The notes beneath the pieces were generated by a model. It did not search any database and had not been told where the DNA came from. It saw nothing but the letters and a program-made list of their open reading frames with translations. This document shows, in pieces, positions 22,601 through 31,154 of a DNA stretch of 64,000 bases (position 1 is its first letter; every line of letters begins with the position of its first letter). Made by a program: the position numbers and the translations under genes. Source of the stretch: Sandaracinaceae bacterium (GTDB lineage Bacteria > Myxococcota_A > Polyangia > Polyangiales > Sandaracinaceae); NCBI GenBank assembly GCA_045106715.1, contig JBGCFC010000009.1, forward strand, positions 1 to 64,000, given 5' to 3'.

Positions 22601-24339
22601 CCCACGAAAACCAGAAGGTCCTCGCCCACGTAGAGCGCGATGTGCGCGTACTCGTGCGATTTCGGCACGGTGTGTTCGAGCACTTTCGAGCCGTCCCGGT
22701 CGAGCACGACGACGTCGTGGCCATGCGCCATCGTGAGGTAGGGCGGCGTGAGGAACAGGTTCGGGACATCTCGGTCCGACGTGGCCATCGCTTCGAACTC
22801 GGGAAAGCAGACTTCCTCGACACATCCGAACCGCAGCTGGCTGGCGAACGACTCCGCCACGTCGATGCGGGAGAGGGCCTCGGCGAGCGCGGGGATGCGA
22901 GAGGCGTACGCTCCCGGGAACGCGTCCAGGAGGTTGAGCGCACTCTGGGTGTCGACCAAGCCGCCGGTACCGACGGGCGCCAGGCGTTCCGAGACGGCCT
23001 CGCTGAGCATCTCGAGGAAGCGGGGCAGCTCCGGCTCGGGAAGGCTCTGATACGCGCGCGGCCGCAGCCTGCCGGCGTGACCCACGAACCTGGCGCGAGC
23101 GATCTCGTCGCCGGCGATGAGCGGGATGTCCTCGCTCGGCCAGCGCTGCCCTCGGTAGTAGTTGTCGAGGTTCGTGAAGCGCACGAACGCATGGGGGATC
23201 CCCAGGCGGAGCGACGTCTCCACCGTCGTGAACGACAGCGGCTTGTCCTCGGCCCCGAGCGGATGTCCGTCATCGATCAGCCGCGGCGCCGCCTTCTCGA
23301 TCAGCCCGAAGGCGAGCTCCGTGCGGCAGGCGCTCAGCATTCCGGTCATCCAGGCGGCCGCGGTTCGGCTGCTCTGTCCGGGCGCGTTGGCATCGACGAT
23401 CGCGTCGAGCAGACCCCATGCGTCCAGCTGCTCCAGCCAGGGCTCGGCCTTGATCTCCATCGGCCAGAGATCGAGCAGGGCGCTCGCGACCTCGGAGTCG
23501 GCGCTGGCCGCGGCCCCGAGGGCCTTCTTGGCCTTGGTGAAGAAGCCCTTGGCGGCGCGCCTGAGCGCGCTCGCGGACGCGATCTGAGAGATGAACTCGA
23601 GCTCCGCTTCGGCCGGCTTGATCTTGGCGGCCTTGGCCAGCTTGCCGATGTCCTTGAGCTGCGTCGGGGACGGGGGCAGGCCACCCATGGTGCGGCGGAC
23701 ACACACGCGGAGATACGCGTCCAAGCCGTCTTTCCCGCGGGCCGTGAGCTCGTCGGCGTAGTTGGTGAGGCTCTTGACGGCGAGCGCTCCGGCGAGCGCG
23801 AAGTCGACGAAGCTCTGCTCACGCAGGTCCTCGTCGGCCTCCAGCCCGTACTGACGTTCGGCCGCCCGCGCCTTCTCGAAGTACTGCTGCGCGTAGCTGA
23901 GGTTGTCGTGTTCGATGAACGCGCGCGCGGCCTCCTCGTAATACGACGGCAAGAAGTGCGGCACCGAGCCGGCGAGCTGCGCGCCGATCGCGTCGAGCCC
24001 CTCCTTGGCGGCGCCCGGCTTGGACTTCATGCGCCGAATCGACTTCTTCATCTCCTCGAGCACGTCGAGCGCGAAGCGCGCGTTCTTCTTGTCGTTCACG
24101 AGCGCCCACGCCGGGAAGCCGAGCGGCTGCCGTGAGACGCGCCCGACATCGTCCCGTCCGGCAGCGGCGAAGCCGAGCAGCTCCATCTCGAGGTCGACGG
24201 CCTCGTCGATCGTGCCCGGGCCGAGCCGCACCATCGGCGTGGACAACGCGGGGTGCGAGTACGCGCGCGCGACGAGCACGTCGAGGTCTTTGGGCTTCGC
24301 GGAGAGCGGCAGTACGCTGCCTGCGGCGAGCGCACTCAT
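19633..24339 (-). CDS. Giant (1568 aa) protein of unknown function, paralog A of a tandem pair
   Basis: ATG at 24337-24339 (MSALAAGSVLPLSAKPKDLDVL...) with GAGGAG 9 nt upstream. The stop overlaps the MoxR start, and the start overlaps the WGR gene stop. The ORF is continuous and GC3-rich. No recognisable catalytic motif was seen by eye. Confidence 0.7.
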   Translation of the reverse strand: MSALAAGSVLPLSAKPKDLDVLVARAYSHPALSTPMVRLGPGTIDEAVDLEMELLGFAAAGRDDVGRVSRQPLGFPAWALVNDKKNARFALDVLEEMKKSIRRMKSKPGAAKEGLDAIGAQLAGSVPHFLPSYYEEAARAFIEHDNLSYAQQYFEKARAAERQYGLEADEDLREQSFVDFALAGALAVKSLTNYADELTARGKDGLDAYLRVCVRRTMGGLPPSPTQLKDIGKLAKAAKIKPAEAELEFISQIASASALRRAAKGFFTKAKKALGAAASADSEVASALLDLWPMEIKAEPWLEQLDAWGLLDAIVDANAPGQSSRTAAAWMTGMLSACRTELAFGLIEKAAPRLIDDGHPLGAEDKPLSFTTVETSLRLGIPHAFVRFTNLDNYYRGQRWPSEDIPLIAGDEIARARFVGHAGRLRPRAYQSLPEPELPRFLEMLSEAVSERLAPVGTGGLVDTQSALNLLDAFPGAYASRIPALAEALSRIDVAESFASQLRFGCVEEVCFPEFEAMATSDRDVPNLFLTPPYLTMAHGHDVVVLDRDGSKVLEHTVPKSHEYAHIALYVGEDLLVFVGGRWDVSGYYWASAPGAVHPLTPKAIYGTSARAAVRLDSGDVLAGALIKAGSTTVRLSHLEGRPIVHDGAPHLLSDSGWLRYDPKSGESAPTEAPSEVIWHWRLELEPREGAPVRVENDVYAFGYQESGLIHWDASGELGAATQRLEGTLRLPARSDWCAITYGYRRRELHELNGRSRTGRSDFLSVSKRPFPPAIALPYCVPSDPDASKRLATIEAAALEGILSAARGDEAHKVSTSSYRAFEPHPSVASAVDAALPTTYDPLRTALIGAAHLAGQVSRLHAKVAQAYSGGEAAPEDNAEEAAVPSLPKRTLCDPALTDALGDWATPMGADYRRRIPGPTLVSELAELRLRFDRPLSDEHTEEYAWGHHCWQPALGHGTYVLYRMALAPKKAEEARTQLAAFAHKLVEHGFEDPAHYRMAFRRENTKEACKGPYNPTFSRLGDNRVLAWQLGFKEAAYFTFVEYAPKGEFVIVDDPTDNLYGPCWLTPERIDEVAAHVREAGPLPIKKALPFLREATGLTDAEATMWASAEIEADPFKLVKKGRKAAKTSFEHDPFVFSPGHMLHMMELVSAVWMAGDYKELWDPKVLAERLAAVYLRHHPKVPALTPGDEAVLASCAPDSPQQSIDEPSWSARLLAEDVVGDSLGELLPFLHLDREFHFDKDGLRVAGMSGSSVVTGSRGFFSSLKWDYVPVTLARVCVPPVQALYEAQGHALLVRSLPRFWKLLRDRLKGPALYQKFDHLREELAETVAAALPAGGPSTFRGDKPERLLGDDRRVFIGRRRMTLYVRYDALLEGEPLVAEQVAAKRVLRNLEFITGEQGDRLIALAEQVAGTDGCAGDPRVSAPKVVKNVAKLLSVSPDAAAYYLMLACLPSPTDKRVIAIGGWKAKDLDALGAELVAKELIIEGKRAGAGRTRFIPGLWVKDKHRVSAVKWTRDLFGWGDDTDRHAPLDSVFEGAVPPYSPDALFEAAWARIEAGEGPKFEEPGR

Positions 24340-25535
24340 GACGCGTTCTCCTCTTCTTCGATCTTGCGAGCGGCGTAGATGAGCGACGCCATGCGCACGC
24401 CCTCCGAGTAGGTCACCGGCGGGACGTCGTTCAGGCGCAGGGTCTTGCCGTTGAGTTCGAAGCTCAGGTCTTCGGTGACCGCCTCGCCCCACGGGTCTTC
24501 GGCGCCCACCCAGAAGTTCGCCTGATGCAGCGCGCCGTCCTCGTGCACGCTCGTGGTCGCGTAGCCGCCGCTCATGCGGCACCCGATCGCACGGACGCGC
24601 GCGGTTGCGTGGCGCGCCTCCTCGAACTGGCCGTTCTCGTAGTCGGTGACCGACGTCACGTCGTCGGCGATCCGGTCGGGCTTCGCGAAGGTCTCGCGCA
24701 TCAGCTGGCCCAGGCCCTGCGCGATGCCGAGCTCCATCGCGAGCTCCCGGAAGTCGGCCAGCTCCGCGAGCAGGATCGGATGCGGAATGCGCACGGTCTC
24801 CGCGCCGAGCCAAACGCTCTCCCCGTCGAGGTTGACGAGCCCGAGGCCGCGCTCCGGGTCGACGTCCTTCAAGAAGCCGATGCGTTCGTCATCGTCGAGC
24901 GAGGCAGGGGCGATCACGGTGTTCTCGAGCAGCGCCCGCCACGTGGCGTCGGGCCAGACCTTTTCGAGCAGCGCCGAGGGCACCGGGAGGGAGCGCAGCA
25001 TCCAGCGCTCGACCGTCTCGAGGCACTCCTCGGCGTGCGCCTTCATCATCTTGGCGACGTCGAGCATCATCTCGCCCTGAGGCGAGGTCTTCATCTTCTT
25101 GGAGACCGACTTCAGCTCTTTGCCCTTCGCGTTCCGGGCGACGAGCTTGCCGTCCTTGATCGCGAGGGAACCTCCGGCGTCGCACGGGACCCACCCGTCG
25201 GTCTCGGGCGGCGGCTCCGGAGCCTTCTTCTTGGTCGGTGCCTTCTTCTTGGCGGTCGCCTTCTTCGCGGGTGCCTTCTCTGCCGGAGTCGCTGCCGTTT
25301 CGGTCGCTGTGTCGCTGGCATCCTCGGACGTCTGCTCGACGTAGCCCTTCTTGGTCTTCTGCCCGATGAGCTTGTTGGCCTCCTTGAGCGCCGCGGCTTC
25401 GTCCCCGAAGGACTTCTCCTTCGTCTGGCCGTTCGTGCCGATGCGCCCGTAGCGAATCGTCAGGTTCGACCCACTCTGTTCGACTTCCCAGAACTTCGAC
25501 GATTTGGCGTCTTCGTACGTCAGGTGCTTGCGCAT
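24336..25535 (-). CDS. WGR-domain + DUF4132 (MolR-like) protein
   Basis: ATG at 25533-25535 with a GGAAGGA SD. The N-terminal WGR signature is KFWEVEQSGSNLTIRYGRIGTNGQTKEKSF...KKGY. A Lys/Ala/Pro-rich linker follows. The C-terminal ~220 aa match my recollection of DUF4132, the domain at the C-terminus of E. coli MolR/YehI. Confidence 0.8.
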   Translation of the reverse strand: MRKHLTYEDAKSSKFWEVEQSGSNLTIRYGRIGTNGQTKEKSFGDEAAALKEANKLIGQKTKKGYVEQTSEDASDTATETAATPAEKAPAKKATAKKKAPTKKKAPEPPPETDGWVPCDAGGSLAIKDGKLVARNAKGKELKSVSKKMKTSPQGEMMLDVAKMMKAHAEECLETVERWMLRSLPVPSALLEKVWPDATWRALLENTVIAPASLDDDERIGFLKDVDPERGLGLVNLDGESVWLGAETVRIPHPILLAELADFRELAMELGIAQGLGQLMRETFAKPDRIADDVTSVTDYENGQFEEARHATARVRAIGCRMSGGYATTSVHEDGALHQANFWVGAEDPWGEAVTEDLSFELNGKTLRLNDVPPVTYSEGVRMASLIYAARKIEEEENAS

Positions 25536-25607
25536 GCGACTTCGTCCTTCCGTGGCGGTCTGCACCGCCAGATCTCTTCATTCATCGACGGGTGCCACCC
25601 GCCCGGC

Positions 25608-28600
25608 TCAGCTCCCGGGCTCGTCGAGGCCAGGGCCGTCGCCCGCTTCGATGCGCGCCCACGCCGCCTCGTACAGCGCGTCCGGGGACATCGGCGGGAA
25701 GGCACCCCGAAAGACCGCGTCGTCCGGGGCGTGACGATCGGTTTCGGTGCCCCACCCGAACAGCTCCCGCGTCCACCTCACCGCGCTCACGCGGTGCTTG
25801 TCTTTGACCCAGAGCCCCGGAACGAACCGCGTCCGGCCGGCGCCGGCGCGCTTGCCTTCCACGATGTGCGCTCCCGCGCCGAGTTCGGCTCCCAACGCGT
25901 CGAGCGTGTTGGCGTCCCAGCCCGCGAGTGCCCCCACGTGTTTGTCCGTCGGCGACGGCAAGCACGCGAGCATCAAGAAGTAGGCGGCCGCATCGGAGCT
26001 GACCGAAAGCCGTTCCGCGACGCCCTCGACGACCTTCGGAGCGCTCACCCTGGGGTCTCCCGCGCAGCGCTCGGAGCCGGCGACCTGCTCGGCCAACGCG
26101 ATCATCCGCGCGAGGGTCGGGCCCATCAGGAAGGTCAGGTCCTGCCGCAGCCGCCGCACATCTTGGTGGGCGTCCATGGGTGTGTCGCCCTCCACGATGG
26201 CGTCGTACCGCAGCCACAGCCGCGCCTGTCCGGTCTTCAGGTACACGCACCGGTCGTCGCCCAAGAGCGTCTTGGGCTTCTTGCCTTGGAACGACGACGG
26301 TCCGCCCTTCGGCAGCGCGGCTCGCACCGTGTCCAACACGTCCCGGTGAAGCTCGATCTCCTGGTAGAGGCCAGGTCCCTGAAGGCGCTCTTGCAGCAAG
26401 CGGAACACGCGCGGGAGCGAGCGCACCAGGAGCGCATGCCCGTCGCACGCGTACAGACCGCGCACGAACGGGACCACGATGCGCTCGAGCGACTCGGGGA
26501 TGTAGTCCCACTTCAGATTCGAGTGAAACCCGCGGCCCGTGGTTCGTCCGCCGGTCACGCCGCGGACGTGGTAGCCGTCCTTGTCGAAGTGGTGCTCGCG
26601 GTCCTGATGAAGGAAGGGCAGAAGGGCCTCGACCCCGTCGGTGTCGTTAGCGAGCAGGCGCGCCGCCCAGGACGGCTCGTCGATGGTGAGGTCGGCTTCG
26701 TCACGGATGTGTTTGGCCAAGACGGCTTCGTCGCCCGCCGTGAGGGTCGGCAGCTGCGGTCGGTGCCGAAGGAAGACGCCCGCGAGCCGTTCGGCGAGGA
26801 CCTTCGGATCCCAGAGCTCCTTGTAGTCCCCGGAGGTGAAGACCGAAGAGCCGAGGTCGAGGGTGTGAAGCATGTGTCCCGGAGACGAGACGAAGGGGTC
26901 ATGTTCGAAGGACGTGCGGCCGACCCAGCGCAGGCTCGCCTTCTTGACCAGCTTGAAGGGGTCGGAATGGAACTCGGCGAGCGCCCACATGGTGGCCTCG
27001 CTCTCGGTCATGCCCGTGGCCTCACACAGCAGCGGCACGGCCTTCCGGATCGGGAGCGGACCGGCCGCCTCGACATGGGCGACGACCTCCTCGATGCGGT
27101 CCGCCGTGAGCCAGCATGGGCCGTAGAGGTTGTCGTCTGGGTCGGCGATGACTTCGAAGACGCCCTTCGGGGCGTACTCGAGGAACGTGAACATCGCGTC
27201 TTCTTCGTAGCCGAGTTGCCACGCGAAGACGCGGTTGTCTCCACGCGCCGCGAGCGTTGGGTGATAGGGGCTCTTGCAGATGGAGGCCGTGTTCTCCTTC
27301 CGGAATGCGAGCCGGTAGTGGTCCCGGTCTTCGAACCCGTGCTGAAGAAGCAGCCGCGCGAACGAAGCGAGCTGCTCCCGCGCAGCCGAGGCCTTCTTCG
27401 GCGCCAGCGCCATTCGGTAGAGCACGTACGCGCCGTGCCCGAGTCCGGGCTGCCAGCAGTGGTGGCCCCAGATGTACTCGTCGTGCCCTTTGGGGACCGG
27501 GCGATCGAATCGCAGCCGAAGCTCCCCTAGCTCGGAGGCGAGTGTCGGGCCCTTGGTTCGGTCGCGGTAGCCGGCATCCAGCGGGTAGGCGAAGTCGCCC
27601 AACGCGTCCGTCAGCGTAGGGTTGCCGACGTCGCGCTTGGGGAGGGCGTCAGCGCTCTTCTTCTTCGAGGCGGTCTTCCTCGGCAAGGTGTCTCCCGAAG
27701 AAGAAACTGCGCTCGTGGACTCGATGAGATCCCCGACATCCTCGCGCACTTCCTCGTAGGCGGCGGCGACGTGCCCGGCGTAGTGCGCGATCCCGGCGAG
27801 CGCGGCGCGGAGCGGCGCGTATGAGGTCGTCACCAGTGCGTCGAGCGCCTCGAGCAGGCCTCGGTGCGGCTTGAACTTCGTCCAGCTGGAGGCGGTGACC
27901 TCGAGCGCCTTGGGCTTCTGCGCCACCTCGAGCAGGCTGGCCAGCTCGTCGGCCTGGATCGTCGAGAGCTGTGCTGACGCCGCTGCGTCGGAGGGCCGGT
28001 ACATGGGAAGGGCCATCTTGCCGGCGAAGCGTCGCTCCGCAGCCCCGAGAAGGTCATCCCCGTCGGAGTATTGGACGCCTCGCACGTCACGAAGCTCCTC
28101 CGCCTCGTAGGACTCCTCGAAGAGGCAGGGCGCCTCGCGATGGGGGAGCTGGATGAGCGCGTCGGACGTACCGCTCTGGTCCACCATCGGTCCCGGGACC
28201 GCGCCCTCTCCGTCCTCTGCGCCGCCTTCGCTCATCGCGTAGGCGAACACCCCGTTGCCCGCGCGCACGGGCGCCCCTTCGCGGGGATCGAGCTCGACGT
28301 GGAACGCCCAGCGCTTCGTCTGCTCGGCTTCGTCTTCCACAAACGCGCCCGTCGAGGCGTCGTACCGGACCCACCCCTCGTCGCGGGGCACCAGCACGGT
28401 GCCGTCGTGTACCTGAGGACGCCCGGCGAGGTCCTCGCTGCGAAGCGTCGTCGATCCCGCGCGGATGAGGCCGGCGGCGATGACGTCCCCGCCGGGGAGC
28501 CGAACCGCGTTGTCCGAGTTCCAGACCCACCCGCTGATGGGGTGCACGTCTTTGGGCGCGCTGGCCCAGTAGTAGCCGCGGTAGTTGTAGCCGTACTCGT

Positions 28601-30344
28601 CGCTCAGGCAGACCAGCAGGTCCTCGCCCACGTACATCGCGCGGCACGCGGTCCCGCCGCGCACCTTGTGTTCGAGCACGAGCGCACCATCGCGGTCGAA
28701 CACGCGGACCTGCTTCTTCGTCCACAGCGTCGTGAACGGCCACGTGACGCAGAACCCCGGCTCCTGGTCTTTGACCGCCATGGCCTCGAACTCGGGAAAG
28801 CAGATCTCTTCGATGCACCCGAACCGGAGCTGCGCGGCGAACGCTTCGGGCACATCGATGCGGCGGAAGGCGTCGCGGAGGGCGGGGAGCGTCTTCCAGT
28901 AGCGCGCCGGGAAACCGCCGAGAAGCTCGAGCGCTTCTTTGGTGTGATAGAGCCCGCTCTGCCCGATCGAGGCGAGCGTCTTGGCCATCGCCTCGTCGAG
29001 CATGGCGTTGAACGCAGGCAGGTCGACGTCGGGGAGGTCCGCGTAGTCGGAGCCCGAAAGGCGCCCTGCGTCCGCGAGAAAGCGCGCGCGTGCGTTGGGG
29101 TCTTCGGCGATGCGCGGGAGGTCGACGGAAGGCCATCGCGGGCTGTCTGCGTACCGGTAGCTCTCGAGGTTCTCGAAGCTCTCGAAGACGTGCGGGATGC
29201 CCAGTCGGAGGCAGGTTTCGACGGTGTCGAGGGACAGGCGCTCTTCCTTGCCCCCGAGCGGGATGGCCTCGGCGATGAGTCGGTCCGCCGCGCGCTCGAG
29301 GACGCCGAGGGCGCGCTCGCCCCAACAGTGCTCCAGCATGGACGTCATCCACGCCGCGGTCGTTCGCTGGCTCTGCCCGGGCGCATCGGCGTCGGCCAGC
29401 GCGTCGAGAAGCCCCCAGTCGTCCAGCAGCGCCAGCCAGCTCTGGCTGTCGACGCCGCCCGGCCACAGATCCAAGAACGCAGACGCGACGGCGATGTCTT
29501 GCTTCGCCGCGGCGGCCAACGACTTCTTCGCCTTCGTGTAGAAGCCCTTTGAGGCGCGCCGGAGCGCGCTCGCGGACGCGATCTGCGTGATGAAGTCGCG
29601 CTCGGCGTCGGCCGGGGTGAGCCCGGCGGCCTTGGCCAGCTTGGCGATGTCCTTGAGCTGGGTGGCGGACGGGGGGAGGCCGCCGAGGGTGCGGCGGACG
29701 GAAACACGAAGGTAGGCGTCCAGGCCGTCCTTGCCGCGCGCCGACAGCTCGTCCGCGTAGTTCGTGAGGCTCTTGACCGCGAGGGCGCCGGCGAGCGCGA
29801 AGTCGACGAAGCTCTTCTCGCGCAGCTCCTCGTCAACCTCGAGTCCGTACTGGCGCTCGGCGGCCCGCGCCCTCTCGAAGTACTGCTGCGCGTAGCTGAT
29901 GTTGTCGTGCGCGATGAACGCGCGCGCCGCCTCTTCGTAGAAGGAGGGCAAGAAGTGCGGGACCGAGCCGGCGAGCTTCGCGCCGATGGCGTCGAGCCCT
30001 TCCTTGGCCGTGCCCGGCTTGGACTTCATGCGCCGAATCGACGTCTTCATCTCTTCGAGCACGTCGAGCGCGAACCGCGCGTTCTTCTTGTCGTGCACGA
30101 GCGCCCAGGCCGGGAAGCCGAGCGGTTGGCGAGGCACGCGGCCCACCTCATCGCGTGCGCTCGGCGTGAAGCCGAGCAGGTCCATCTCGAGGTCGACCGC
30201 CTCGTCGATCGCGCCGGGGCCGAGCCGCACCATCGGGGACGGCAGGGCGGGGTGCGCGTAGGCACGCGCGACCAGAACGTCGAGCTCGTCGGCGGGGGAC
30301 GAGAGCGGCAGGATGCTGCCGGCAACGTGGGCTGGGCGGCTCAC
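25608..30344 (-). CDS. Giant (1578 aa) protein, paralog B of the tandem pair
   Basis: A GTG start at 30342-30344 (MSRPAHVAGSILPLSSPADELDVL...) aligns with the paralog A N-terminus. A GTG at 30401 is an alternative. The N-terminal 300 aa are about 85 % identical to paralog A. Conserved blocks recur along the whole length (HGFEDPAHYRMAFRRENT / HGFEDRDHYRLAFRKENT; GDPRVSAPKVV... in both). Confidence 0.65.
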   Translation of the reverse strand: MSRPAHVAGSILPLSSPADELDVLVARAYAHPALPSPMVRLGPGAIDEAVDLEMDLLGFTPSARDEVGRVPRQPLGFPAWALVHDKKNARFALDVLEEMKTSIRRMKSKPGTAKEGLDAIGAKLAGSVPHFLPSFYEEAARAFIAHDNISYAQQYFERARAAERQYGLEVDEELREKSFVDFALAGALAVKSLTNYADELSARGKDGLDAYLRVSVRRTLGGLPPSATQLKDIAKLAKAAGLTPADAERDFITQIASASALRRASKGFYTKAKKSLAAAAKQDIAVASAFLDLWPGGVDSQSWLALLDDWGLLDALADADAPGQSQRTTAAWMTSMLEHCWGERALGVLERAADRLIAEAIPLGGKEERLSLDTVETCLRLGIPHVFESFENLESYRYADSPRWPSVDLPRIAEDPNARARFLADAGRLSGSDYADLPDVDLPAFNAMLDEAMAKTLASIGQSGLYHTKEALELLGGFPARYWKTLPALRDAFRRIDVPEAFAAQLRFGCIEEICFPEFEAMAVKDQEPGFCVTWPFTTLWTKKQVRVFDRDGALVLEHKVRGGTACRAMYVGEDLLVCLSDEYGYNYRGYYWASAPKDVHPISGWVWNSDNAVRLPGGDVIAAGLIRAGSTTLRSEDLAGRPQVHDGTVLVPRDEGWVRYDASTGAFVEDEAEQTKRWAFHVELDPREGAPVRAGNGVFAYAMSEGGAEDGEGAVPGPMVDQSGTSDALIQLPHREAPCLFEESYEAEELRDVRGVQYSDGDDLLGAAERRFAGKMALPMYRPSDAAASAQLSTIQADELASLLEVAQKPKALEVTASSWTKFKPHRGLLEALDALVTTSYAPLRAALAGIAHYAGHVAAAYEEVREDVGDLIESTSAVSSSGDTLPRKTASKKKSADALPKRDVGNPTLTDALGDFAYPLDAGYRDRTKGPTLASELGELRLRFDRPVPKGHDEYIWGHHCWQPGLGHGAYVLYRMALAPKKASAAREQLASFARLLLQHGFEDRDHYRLAFRKENTASICKSPYHPTLAARGDNRVFAWQLGYEEDAMFTFLEYAPKGVFEVIADPDDNLYGPCWLTADRIEEVVAHVEAAGPLPIRKAVPLLCEATGMTESEATMWALAEFHSDPFKLVKKASLRWVGRTSFEHDPFVSSPGHMLHTLDLGSSVFTSGDYKELWDPKVLAERLAGVFLRHRPQLPTLTAGDEAVLAKHIRDEADLTIDEPSWAARLLANDTDGVEALLPFLHQDREHHFDKDGYHVRGVTGGRTTGRGFHSNLKWDYIPESLERIVVPFVRGLYACDGHALLVRSLPRVFRLLQERLQGPGLYQEIELHRDVLDTVRAALPKGGPSSFQGKKPKTLLGDDRCVYLKTGQARLWLRYDAIVEGDTPMDAHQDVRRLRQDLTFLMGPTLARMIALAEQVAGSERCAGDPRVSAPKVVEGVAERLSVSSDAAAYFLMLACLPSPTDKHVGALAGWDANTLDALGAELGAGAHIVEGKRAGAGRTRFVPGLWVKDKHRVSAVRWTRELFGWGTETDRHAPDDAVFRGAFPPMSPDALYEAAWARIEAGDGPGLDEPGS

Positions 30345-30584
30345 GCTGCACCCCCACGCGCCTGGACTCGTAGCTGTTGCATGGGCACTCCTACCACCCA
30401 CAGTCTTGCGGATGAAGGTGCGAATCCGGCGTGCCGTTCCTCATGCGTTCGCCGTTCGCGAACCTCGTGCCATGTCGAAAGTGAGGGCAGGCGGACCGCT
30501 TCGGGGTGCAGTCGCCTGCGCCGGACTGTCGCGCCGAGCAAACCTTGCGTGAGCGCGTGCGCCCGTCGGGTACCCTCGACGGCG
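30345..30584. promoter_or_regulatory. Divergent intergenic region, probably carrying promoter(s) for the minus-strand MoxR/VWA/SWIM operon and the plus-strand SUKH gene
   Basis: This is a 240-bp non-coding gap between divergent starts. No -35/-10 match could be assigned confidently. Confidence 0.3.
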
Positions 30585-31148
30585 ATGGATCTGACGCTCG
30601 ACGACTGGCTCGAACAACACCGCGGGGGTCGTCGCGTGGGAATCGAGGGGTACTCGACCGTTTTGCGTCTTGACGCACCCATCACGCGCGACTCGCTGTC
30701 CGAGGTCGAGGAGGCGACCGGGTATCGCTTCCCTGAGGCGTACGTCCGCTGCGTGACCGAGATCGGACTCCCTTACCTCGAGGTGTCGCGGGATCGGGGC
30801 GAGCATTCGTTCGGCCCGTTGCCGGAGTCCCGCATGCTTCTGCCGTCGGAGCAGCTGGAGATCCTCAGCGCGTTCAAGACCTGGGTCGTGAACTGCACGT
30901 CCGACTTCGACGACGATCCCGTCGCCGCTGCCGAGGAGCAGGCGCGCTGGGATGCCTTCATCCCCTTCCAGTTCCTGGGCGACGGGTCGGCAACGGACGT
31001 CTACTGCTTTGTTCGTGGTGACGAGCGAGATGGGCTTCCACGCGTCGTGGCGGCCTATCACGACGACGATGCCTGCGACGAAGAGGAGGAGGACGAGCGC
31101 ATCTACGGCTTCTTCGCGCACCTCCAGGATGTCCTGGATCACACCTGA
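30585..31148 (+). CDS. SMI1/KNR4 (SUKH-1) family protein
   Basis: The 187-aa protein begins MDLTLDDWLEQ.... The segment ...EVEEATGYRFPEAYVRCVTEIGLPY...FIPFQFLGDGSATDVYCF... has the SUKH-1 layout (immunity-protein superfamily). The C-terminus is an acidic tail. Confidence 0.5.
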   Translation: MDLTLDDWLEQHRGGRRVGIEGYSTVLRLDAPITRDSLSEVEEATGYRFPEAYVRCVTEIGLPYLEVSRDRGEHSFGPLPESRMLLPSEQLEILSAFKTWVVNCTSDFDDDPVAAAEEQARWDAFIPFQFLGDGSATDVYCFVRGDERDGLPRVVAAYHDDDACDEEEEDERIYGFFAHLQDVLDHT

Positions 31149-31154
31149 GACAGA

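Larger units (their letters stand above)
19633..30344. repeat. Tandem segmental duplication: two ~4.7-kb paralogous ORFs flanking the 1.2-kb WGR/DUF4132 gene
   Basis: The DNA is near-identical at the 5' gene ends (compare 24090-24330 with 30100-30340) and diverged further 3'. Confidence 0.7.

Noticed and set aside
19549-29552. Plus-strand ORFs 19549..21978 (809 aa), 22090..24135 (681 aa), 24525..27530 (1001 aa) and 28071..29552 (493 aa)
   Set aside because: They are antisense to the giant paralogs and the WGR gene. They are repetitive Arg/Glu/Leu-rich translations, and the real genes on the other strand show paralog conservation.
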